NCBI GenBank assembly: GCA_945897555.1
Contig: CAMDGF010000007.1
Coordinates: 444-64,443 of the forward strand
DNA: 64,000 bases
Source: Klebsiella pneumoniae
GTDB lineage: Bacteria > Pseudomonadota > Gammaproteobacteria > Burkholderiales > UBA3065
Direction: 5' to 3'
In this document: positions 57,395 through 64,000 of the stretch, one piece after another
Layout of the letters: each line of letters begins with the position of its first letter
Numbering within the stretch: the first letter of the stretch is position 1
Program-made: the position numbers and the translations under genes
Notes under the pieces: generated by a model
The model's database searches: none
Told to the model about the DNA's origin: nothing
Seen by the model: only the letters and a program-made list of their open reading frames with translations

Positions 57395-57480
57395 TGCTCT
57401 ATCCGGCGGGTGCCTGGTCAGGCCAGCGCCTCTACTCACCCTCAACCCTCGCCCACTCGGCACCGGAGCCCGTAACGGCC

Positions 57481-58314
57481 ATGAGCAGCGACATCCTCAA
57501 GCGCATCCTCGCCACCAAGCAACTTGAGGTGGCAGATCTGCTGACTCGCGTGTCGCTGGATGACCTGCGGCATCAGGCTGCGGCCGCTGCGCCGGTGCGC
57601 GACTTCGTCAGCGCGCTGCGCGGCAAGGTCGCGGCCGGGCAGGCGGCGGTCATCGCCGAGGTCAAGAGGTCGAGCCCGAGCAAGGGTGTGTTGCGCGACC
57701 CGTTCGATCCGGCCGCCATCGCCGCCGACTACGCCGCGCACGGTGCGGCGTGCCTCTCGGTGCTTACCGACGTCGACTACTTCCAGGGCTGCCGCGCCTA
57801 CCTCGAGGCGGCGCGGGGCGCTTGCGCCATCCCGGTGCTGCGCAAGGACTTCATCGTGAGCGAAGCGCAGATCCTCGAGGCGCGCGCGATGGGTGCCGAC
57901 TGCATCCTCCTCATCGTCGCCGCCTTTGCCCGCAGCGATGCCGATGGCACGGGTTCCGACACTTTCGATCTCGCCACCCTGCAAGGTCTCGAAGCATTGG
58001 CGATGGACCTCGGCATGGCGGTGCTGATCGAGGTGCACGATGCCGCCGAACTCGACATCGCCCTGCAGATGTGCTCGCCACTGGTCGGCATCAACAACCG
58101 TGATCTGCGCACTTTCGAGGTGAGCCTGCAGACCACGCTGGATCTGCTGGCGCGCATCCCTTCGGGTCGCTTGGTGATCACCGAAAGCGGCATCCTCGCC
58201 TCCGATGACGTCGCGCTGATGCGTGGCCATGGTGTGCATGCGTTTCTTGTCGGTGAGGCCTTCATGCGCGCTTCGAGCCCCGGCGCCGAACTGGCGAGAC
58301 TGTTCGGCGGCTGA
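57481..58314 (+). CDS. trpC: indole-3-glycerol-phosphate synthase
   Basis: Trimmed to ATG 57481: [17 protein letters not shown]...[16 protein letters not shown]...LSVLTD..FQG...VLRKDFIV...[12 protein letters not shown], 277 aa. Confidence 0.92.
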   Translation: MSSDILKRILATKQLEVADLLTRVSLDDLRHQAAAAAPVRDFVSALRGKVAAGQAAVIAEVKRSSPSKGVLRDPFDPAAIAADYAAHGAACLSVLTDVDYFQGCRAYLEAARGACAIPVLRKDFIVSEAQILEARAMGADCILLIVAAFARSDADGTGSDTFDLATLQGLEALAMDLGMAVLIEVHDAAELDIALQMCSPLVGINNRDLRTFEVSLQTTLDLLARIPSGRLVITESGILASDDVALMRGHGVHAFLVGEAFMRASSPGAELARLFGG

Positions 58315-58326
58315 GCTGGATGGTGG

Positions 58327-58676
58327 GCGGGCCCTTCTCGGGTCGACTCTTCTCGCTCCCGCTCGCTGGCGCTCGGAGGTCGCAGCGAAGGGCCTCCCCT
58401 GTGCGGTGGCCCGCCGGTGACGGATGCTGCCGGTGGTTGGCGGGGCTTCCATCGGGACGCTCTTCTCGCTCCTGCTCACTGCGTTCGAAAGTCGCAGCGA
58501 AGAGCTTTCCCGATGCGCCCCGCCAGCGGCGCTCAGCGCAGCACCGCAAACCGTCAACGGGCGGCCCCCGTCCGGTGGTCTTTCCGAAGCGACTTCCGAG
58601 CGCAGCGAGAGGAGCGAGGAAAGTCACCACCGGAGGCAGTGGGCCGCCCCGTACGCCCGGAGGCAGTGGGCCGCCC
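58327..58676 (-). repeat. mosaic hairpin-repeat array, copy B (inverted relative to A and C)
   Basis: Its reverse complement aligns module-for-module with 55469..55789. 58574..58623 is a 50-nt exact inverted match to 63866..63915. It carries two copies of the 25-nt unit (58625..58649 and partial 58654..58676). Confidence 0.85.
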
Positions 58677-58700
58677 CAACACTTTCGCCAATCACCGCTT

Positions 58701-59372
58701 ATGACCGATCTTACGAGCCGCGAGCAGCTCACCATCCCCGGCCCCGCTGGCGCCCTCGAAGCGGTGCTTGACGCGCCGCCGGCGCCGTTGGCCGCCGTTG
58801 TGGTCTGCCACCCGCACCCGCCCGATGGCGGCACCATGCATCACAAGGTGCCGATGGCCATCGCCCGCGTTCTGGTTCAACTTGGCTGTGCAGCACTGCG
58901 TTTCAACTTCCGTGGGGTGGGGCAGAGCGAGGGTGCCTACGACCGCGGCATCGGCGAGACCGAGGACGCGCTCGCCGCTGCTGCCTGGCTGCGGGCTCGC
59001 TACCCGGGTCTGCCGCTCGCGCTGGCGGGCTTCTCTTTTGGGGGCGCAGTGGCCACTGTCGCAGCATCGCGCCTTGACCCGCCGCCGCAGTGCCTCATCC
59101 TTGCTGGCACCTCGCCCAAGCGTGTCGGCGCGCCGTGGGTCGGCGTGCCGACGCTGATCGTCCATGGCGAGCGAGACGAGATCGTGCCACTCGGCGATGT
59201 GCTCGACTGGGCGCGGCCGCAGACGCTGCCGGTGACGGTCATCCCCGGCGCGGGGCACTTCTTCCACGGACAACTGCCTTTGCTGCAGGACCTGGTGCGC
59301 CAGTTCTGGCTCGGCACCGGGATCGCCACAGCCTCGCAAGATCAGGGCTCCGAACCACCAGCCTCCGGCTAG
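58701..59372 (+). CDS. alpha/beta hydrolase
   Basis: Trimmed to ATG 58701; the upstream part of ORF 58320 is repeat DNA. ...VVVCHPHPPDGGTMHHKV...FNFRGVGQSEG...LAGFSFGGAV (GxSxG), 223 aa. Confidence 0.8.
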   Translation: MTDLTSREQLTIPGPAGALEAVLDAPPAPLAAVVVCHPHPPDGGTMHHKVPMAIARVLVQLGCAALRFNFRGVGQSEGAYDRGIGETEDALAAAAWLRARYPGLPLALAGFSFGGAVATVAASRLDPPPQCLILAGTSPKRVGAPWVGVPTLIVHGERDEIVPLGDVLDWARPQTLPVTVIPGAGHFFHGQLPLLQDLVRQFWLGTGIATASQDQGSEPPASG

Positions 59373-59458
59373 ACTTGCGGGGCTGCGAGCCGGATCGCTG
59401 CACCCCCGTCCCGCTCCGCTGAGACTCCGTCACCCGCTCTCACAGACCCAGCACCCTC

Positions 59459-59881
59459 ATGCTCACCGTCAAAGCCCTGCACATCATCTTCATGACCAGC
59501 TGGTTCGCCGGCCTGTTCTACCTGCCGCGCATCTTCGTCAATCTGGCGATGGTGCCCGAGGGCTCTGACGCCGAGCGCGAGCGTCTGCTGCTGATGGCCG
59601 GCAAGTTGTTCCGCTTCGTCGGCCCGCTCATGTGGCTCACGCTCATCTTCGGCGTGGCACTGTGGCTCTACTACGGCATCGGTGCTGGCACGCTGTGGAT
59701 GCACATCAAGGTCGCCATCGTGGTGGGCCTGGTCGGCTATCACCATATGTGTGGTGCCATGCTCAAGCGCTTCCGCGCCGGTACCAACACGCGCAGCCAT
59801 GTCTGGTACCGCTGGTTCAACGAGGTCCCGGTGCTGGCGCTGTTCGTCGTGGTCTTCCTCGTCATCCTCAAGCCGGCATGA
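59459..59881 (+). CDS. hemJ: HemJ-type protoporphyrinogen IX oxidase (TIGR00701/UPF0093)
   Basis: 140 aa with 4 TM segments. [27 protein letters not shown]... Confidence 0.82.
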   Translation: MLTVKALHIIFMTSWFAGLFYLPRIFVNLAMVPEGSDAERERLLLMAGKLFRFVGPLMWLTLIFGVALWLYYGIGAGTLWMHIKVAIVVGLVGYHHMCGAMLKRFRAGTNTRSHVWYRWFNEVPVLALFVVVFLVILKPA

Positions 59882-61350
59882 AGTATCGCGACCTGCGCGA
59901 CTTCATCGCGCACCTCGAGTCCACCGGGCAGCTCATCCGTGTGAAAGAACCGGTGAGCCCGGTGCTGGAGATGACCGAGTTCTGTGACCGCCTGCTCAAG
60001 CGCGGCGGCCCGGCGGTGCTGTTCGAGAACGTGCCTGGCTACACCACGCCGGTGCTCGGCAACCTGTTCGGCACGCCTGAGCGTGTCGCGCTAGGCATGG
60101 GCATCGAGGGCAGCGACTGGCGCCAGCGCCTGCGCGACATCGGCAAGACGCTCTCCTATCTCAAGGAGCCCGAGCCGCCCAAGAACCTCCGCCAGGCATG
60201 GGACGCGCTGCCGCTCGTCGGCAAGATCTGGTCGATGGCGCCCAAGGTCATCCGCAAGCCGCCCTGCCAGGAGGTGGTGATCGAGGGCGACGCGGTGGAT
60301 CTTGCGCAACTGCCGATCCAGACCTGCTGGCCGGGCGACGTCGGCCCGCTGCTCACGTGGGGGCTCACCATCACCCGCGGCCCGCGCAAGAAGCGGCAGA
60401 ACCTCGGCATCTACCGCCAGCAATTGCTCGGCCGCAACAAGCTCATCATGCGCTGGCTCGCCCACCGTGGCGGCGCGCTGGACTACCGCGACCATTGCGA
60501 GCTCAATCCGGGCAAGCCCTACCCGATGTGCGTGGCGCTGGGCGCCGACCCGGCCACCACGCTGGGCGCGGTCACGCCCGTACCCGATACCCTGTCCGAG
60601 TACCAGTTCGCCGGGCTGCTGCGCGGCAGCCGCACCGAACTGGCTCGCGCCATCGGCTCCGACCTGCAGGTGCCGGCGCACGCCGAGATCATCCTCGAGG
60701 GGCACCTGACCCCTGGCGAGACGGCGCCAGAGGGCCCGTTCGGCGACCACACCGGTTACTACAACGAGGTCGACCACTTCCCGGTGTTCACCGTCGAGCG
60801 CATCACCATGCGCAGGGACGCCATTTACCACAGCACCTACACCGGCAAGCCGCCGGACGAACCCGCCATGCTCGGCGTGGCGCTCAACGAGGTGTTCGTG
60901 CCGTTCTTGCAGCGGCAATTCCCCGAGGTGGTGGATTTCTACTTGCCGCCCGAGGGCTGCAGCTACCGCATGGCGCTGGTGGCCATTCGCAAGCAGTACC
61001 CGGGCCACGCCCGCCGCGTGATGTTTGGCATCTGGGGCTTTTTGCGGCAGTTCATGTACACCAAGTTCATCGTCGTGCTCGACCACGACATCGACCTGCG
61101 CGATTGGAAAGAGGTGGTCTGGGCCATCACCACCCGCGTCGACCCGGCGCGCGACACCCTGCTGGCCGAGAACACGCCGATCGACTACCTCGACTTCGCC
61201 AGCCCGGTGTCGGGGCTGGGCAGCAAGATGGGCATCGACGCCACCAACAAGCTGCCGGGCGAGACCCAGCGCGAGTGGGGCACACCGATCGTCATGGATG
61301 CTGCGGTCAAGCAGCGGGTAGACGAGCTGTTCGAGCGCTTGGGGCTCTAG
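59878..61350 (+). CDS. ubiD: 4-hydroxy-3-polyprenylbenzoate decarboxylase
   Basis: Trimmed to ATG 59878, which overlaps the hem[32 protein letters not shown]...NLGIYRQQ...FGDHTGYY, 490 aa. Confidence 0.93.
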   Translation: MKYRDLRDFIAHLESTGQLIRVKEPVSPVLEMTEFCDRLLKRGGPAVLFENVPGYTTPVLGNLFGTPERVALGMGIEGSDWRQRLRDIGKTLSYLKEPEPPKNLRQAWDALPLVGKIWSMAPKVIRKPPCQEVVIEGDAVDLAQLPIQTCWPGDVGPLLTWGLTITRGPRKKRQNLGIYRQQLLGRNKLIMRWLAHRGGALDYRDHCELNPGKPYPMCVALGADPATTLGAVTPVPDTLSEYQFAGLLRGSRTELARAIGSDLQVPAHAEIILEGHLTPGETAPEGPFGDHTGYYNEVDHFPVFTVERITMRRDAIYHSTYTGKPPDEPAMLGVALNEVFVPFLQRQFPEVVDFYLPPEGCSYRMALVAIRKQYPGHARRVMFGIWGFLRQFMYTKFIVVLDHDIDLRDWKEVVWAITTRVDPARDTLLAENTPIDYLDFASPVSGLGSKMGIDATNKLPGETQREWGTPIVMDAAVKQRVDELFERLGL

Positions 61351-61356
61351 CCTGCC

Positions 61357-61833
61357 TCAATCGGCGTCGGTGCGGACCACCGCCTTGCGGTCGGACGGGT
61401 ATTGGAACGACGCATATCTCAGCACCACCACCGACACCGCCAGCACCAGCACCGAGCCACTCCAGATGAGGATGGTCGTGGTGTCGGTCTTGATGTTGAC
61501 AAGGTCGATGAGGTGGCGTGTGAGCGCGGTGATGCCGACGTAGATGAGAAAACGCACCGGCATGTGGTTGGTCTGGAAGTAGATGCCCACCATGGCGCCG
61601 ATCTCGAGGTAGATGAAGAGCAGCAGCAGGTCCTCCACACCGATATATCCCTTGCCGACCATCTCGAGGATGGCTGCCAACGCAGCCCATACGGTGGCTG
61701 CGCCGATGGTGAACAGCATGAGGTGATGAAAGCCGGCTACCAGCGATGCGCCCACCCGACGGCTCGAATCCTCCCAGCGGCGCTGGCCGCGGACCAGCGA
61801 TTGCAGCTTTGATTGCGGTTCGTTGGCGGACAT
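61357..61833 (-). CDS. psiE: PsiE-family phosphate-starvation-inducible membrane protein
   Basis: 158 aa. ..LLLLFIYLEIGAMVGIYFQTNHMPVRFLIYVGITALTRHLI.. is collinear with the E. coli PsiE core. Confidence 0.8.
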   Translation of the reverse strand: MSANEPQSKLQSLVRGQRRWEDSSRRVGASLVAGFHHLMLFTIGAATVWAALAAILEMVGKGYIGVEDLLLLFIYLEIGAMVGIYFQTNHMPVRFLIYVGITALTRHLIDLVNIKTDTTTILIWSGSVLVLAVSVVVLRYASFQYPSDRKAVVRTDAD

Positions 61834-61911
61834 GCGGAGCGCTCCGGTCGGACGTTCAGGCGCTCATGATGCGACAACTCGGCCCGACTCGCCCAGTGGT
61901 GGGCGCAAGCC

Positions 61912-62700
61912 CTAGGCGGTTTGGGCAGCGGCCTCGCTGCGGCGGAACACCCAGCGGTCGGCCTTGGACACGTCTGGCGCGAAGGCATAGCCTGCGGCGT
62001 CGAAGCCTTTGAGCAGTTCGGGATCGGTCACCCGATGCGTGACCGCCCAGCGCGCCATAAGGCCGCGCGCCTTCTTGGCATAGAAGCTGATGATCTTGTA
62101 CTGGCCGGCCTTCTCGTCTTCGAACACCGGTGCGACTACGCGGGCGCGCAGCGTCTTCGTGCAGACCGCCTTGAAGTACTCCTCGCTGGCAAGGTTGAGC
62201 AGCACCGGCGCGGCGTCGTTGCCGAAATCGGCGTTGAGCGATTCGGCGATGCGGCTGCCCCAGAAGGCATAGAGGTCGCGGCCGCCGGCGTTGGGCAGCG
62301 CCGTTCCCATCTCCAGCCGGTAAGGCTGCATGCGGTCGAGCGGACGCAGCACACCGTAGAGCCCTGAGAGGATGCGGATGTGATCCTGCGCCCAGGCCAG
62401 ATCCTCCGCGCCCAGGGTGCGTGCCGAGAGGCCATCGTAGACGTCGCCATCGAAGGCCAGTGCCGCCTGCTTGCTGTTGGTCGCGGTGAACTGAGGGCTC
62501 CAGCTGGCGTAGCGCTCGACGTTCAGCAGTGCCAGCTTGTCCGAGAGGTCCATCAGCGCGGCGATGTCCTGCGGGCTCTTCTGCCGCAGGATGCCGATGA
62601 GCTCGGCGCTCTGCGGCACGAAGCGCGGCTCGGTGGCGGTCTCCACATGCGCAGGGGAGTCGTAGTCGAGCGATTTGGCGGGCGAAAGGACGATCAGCAT
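61912..62700 (-). CDS. yaaA: peroxide stress protein YaaA (DUF328)
   Basis: Trimmed to ATG 62700: [16 protein letters not shown]..., 262 aa. Confidence 0.9.
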   Translation of the reverse strand: MLIVLSPAKSLDYDSPAHVETATEPRFVPQSAELIGILRQKSPQDIAALMDLSDKLALLNVERYASWSPQFTATNSKQAALAFDGDVYDGLSARTLGAEDLAWAQDHIRILSGLYGVLRPLDRMQPYRLEMGTALPNAGGRDLYAFWGSRIAESLNADFGNDAAPVLLNLASEEYFKAVCTKTLRARVVAPVFEDEKAGQYKIISFYAKKARGLMARWAVTHRVTDPELLKGFDAAGYAFAPDVSKADRWVFRRSEAAAQTA

Positions 62701-62764
62701 CGGTGTGGCGAGAGGGTGGTGCAGAATGCCGCCATTGTAAGTCGGCGCCCAGCCATCGCCCCAC

Positions 62765-63775
62765 ATGCAGATCGACTATGGCGCGGACCTGGCTCCGCTC
62801 AACACCTTTCGTGCGCCGGCGCGCGCTTCGGCCCTGGTGCGTCTGCGCAGTCCTGGCGAGGCGCGCGATCTGCTGCGTCGGCCGGCGCTGCTGGCGCGTC
62901 CTCTGCTCATCCTCGGTGGCGGCAGCAACCTGCTGTTCACCCGTGACTGGGACGGCCTCGTGGTGCAGCCACAGATGCTCGACCGGGAGATCGTCGAGAC
63001 TCAGGGCGACACGGTGACGGTGGCCGGTGGCGCCGGCGAGGACTGGGACGCCTTTGTGCGTTGGACACTGAGTCTCGGGCTGGGCGGGCTGGAGAACCTC
63101 GCGCTGATCCCTGGCACGCTCGGTGCTGCACCCATCCAGAACATCGGCGCTTACGGCGTGGAGTTGCGCGACCGTCTGCTCTGGGTGGAGACGCTCGACC
63201 TGCAGGCCGGCCGTGTCGAGCGCTTCTACAACGCCGACTGCGGCTTTGCCTACCGCGACAGCGTGTTCAAGCGCGAGCCTGACCGCCGGCTCCTCACGCG
63301 TGTCGCGCTGCGGCTGTCGCGCCGGCCCGAGCTCGAACTCGACTACGGCGAGATCCGCGATGAGCTGGCGGCCGCCAACATCGTCAGCCCCTCGGCAGTG
63401 CAGGTGGCCAATGCCGTGAGTGCCATCCGCCGCCGTAAGTTGCCCGATCCGGCTCAGGTCGGCAACGCGGGCAGCTTCTTTCGCAACCCGGTGGTGCCTG
63501 AGCCCAAAGCCGCGCAGCTACGGTTCGAGCACCCGGCCATGCCGCAGTTCGCCGCCTATGGTGGCGTCAAGATCCCGGCTGGCTGGCTCATCGAGGCATG
63601 CGGCTGGAAGGGCCACCGCAGCGGCGATGCGGGGGTGCACGCGGGCCACGCGCTGGTGCTGGTCAACCACGGCCGCGCCACCGGCAGCGAGATCGCCGCG
63701 CTGGCGCAGCAGATCGTCGCCAGTGTTGCCGATCGTTTTGGCATCACCCTCGAGCCCGAGGTGCGGATCGTCTGA
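62765..63775 (+). CDS. murB: UDP-N-acetylenolpyruvoylglucosamine reductase
   Basis: 336 aa. [27 protein letters not shown]-binding motif and GSFFRNP. Confidence 0.92.
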   Translation: MQIDYGADLAPLNTFRAPARASALVRLRSPGEARDLLRRPALLARPLLILGGGSNLLFTRDWDGLVVQPQMLDREIVETQGDTVTVAGGAGEDWDAFVRWTLSLGLGGLENLALIPGTLGAAPIQNIGAYGVELRDRLLWVETLDLQAGRVERFYNADCGFAYRDSVFKREPDRRLLTRVALRLSRRPELELDYGEIRDELAAANIVSPSAVQVANAVSAIRRRKLPDPAQVGNAGSFFRNPVVPEPKAAQLRFEHPAMPQFAAYGGVKIPAGWLIEACGWKGHRSGDAGVHAGHALVLVNHGRATGSEIAALAQQIVASVADRFGITLEPEVRIV

Positions 63776-63782
63776 CAGCGGC

Positions 63783-63915
63783 GGGCGGCCCACTACCTCC
63801 GGTGGTGCGGGGCGGCCCAATACCTCCGGTGGTGGTGCAGGGCGGCCCACTACCTCCGGTGGTGGCTTTCCTCGCTCCTCTCGCTGCGCTCGGAAGTCGC
63901 TTCGGAAAGACCACC
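63783..63915 (+). repeat. mosaic hairpin-repeat array, copy C (three tandem 25-nt units plus one 50-nt module)
   Basis: GGGCGGCCCA(C/A)TACCTCCGGTGGTG at 63783..63807, 63810..63834 and 63840..63864 (periods 27 and 30 nt). Then CTTTCCTCGCTCCTCTCGCTGCGCTCGGAAGTCGCTTCGGAAAGACCACC at 63866..63915. Confidence 0.88.
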
Positions 63916-63920
63916 CGCCG

Positions 63921-64000
63921 CTAGCAGGCCAGCAGCCGCCCGTCCGCCAGCACCAGTCGCCGGCCGGCCTGCGCCGCCAAGCGCTCGTCATGGGTGACGA
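63921..64000 (-). CDS. ABC transporter ATP-binding protein, C-terminal fragment (5' part outside window)
   Basis: Reverse translation ends ...VTHDERLAAQAGRRLVLADGRLLAC*, the typical H-loop/C-terminal tail of an ABC ATPase. Only about 26 codons are visible. Confidence 0.5.
   Translation of the reverse strand, partial: VTHDERLAAQAGRRLVLADGRLLAC

Noticed and set aside
57395-57480. Sequence similarity between the ubiA-trpC spacer and the reverse complement of the trpE-tyrA spacer (42350..42476), as a signature of the proposed inversion.
   Set aside because: By eye only short, gapped C-rich matches appear (e.g. CAGCGCC, CTCA.CCC...CCCAC). This is not distinguishable from chance at this GC content and needs a computed alignment.
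63783-63864. Three tandem 25-nt repeats that superficially resemble a mini CRISPR array.
   Set aside because: The repeats are contiguous, separated by only 2-5 nt, with no unique spacers. There are no cas genes. The same unit occurs inside the larger mosaic arrays at 55.47 and 58.63 kb. They are called as a tandem or REP-like repeat.

Overview
High-GC (about 68-70% by eye, not computed) chromosomal core segment with betaproteobacterial, Burkholderiales-like gene order; the taxon call is inference only. Everything was read by hand from the sequence and ORF track, with no database search. Start codons are best guesses, and the ORF track shows GTG/TTG starts as M.

Gene content, in order:
- 1-17.7 kb (minus strand): truncated lpxC and a complete dcw cluster, ftsZ-ftsA-ftsQ-ddl-murC-murG-ftsW-murD-mraY-murF-murE-ftsI-ftsL-rsmH-mraZ. 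A readable sigma70-like promoter and a 4x GTGGG direct-repeat MraZ operator sit upstream. RNase P RNA (rnpB) lies just upstream of that, in the same orientation.
- 18-29 kb: lipoprotein hydrolase, pyrC, a thioredoxin-like protein and a DUF442 protein, rsmI<>yraN-dolP, a di-iron desaturase-like protein, ssb-MFS<>uvrA, yaeQ.
- 29-35 kb: a run of exported hydrolases (S1 protease, esterase, small secreted protein, M61 peptidase, PQQ-type sugar dehydrogenase).
- 35-49 kb: pyrF-lapB-lapA-ihfB-rpsA-(aroA-cmk fusion)-tyrA, then trpE-gph-rpe, apaG, mltA, dsbC, a UbiH-family hydroxylase and a tRNA(CAU).
- 49-64 kb: a lower-GC patch with a short BLUF photoreceptor, divergent from rubrerythrin / HdrD-GlpC-like Fe-S protein / DUF3501. 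Then ridA-recG, ubiC-ubiA-trpC, hydrolase-hemJ-ubiD, psiE, yaaA, murB and a partial ABC ATPase.

I saw no transposase, integrase, CRISPR array, prophage or recognisable defence genes.

The strongest signal not explained by genes is a family of mosaic hairpin-repeat arrays at 55.47-55.79 kb, 58.33-58.68 kb (inverted) and 63.78-63.92 kb. The first two are collinear ~320-350 bp inverted copies that bracket ubiC-ubiA-trpC.

The best candidate for an uncharacterised system is the BLUF <> rubrerythrin/HdrD-like/DUF3501 locus, which shares a palindrome-rich control region.
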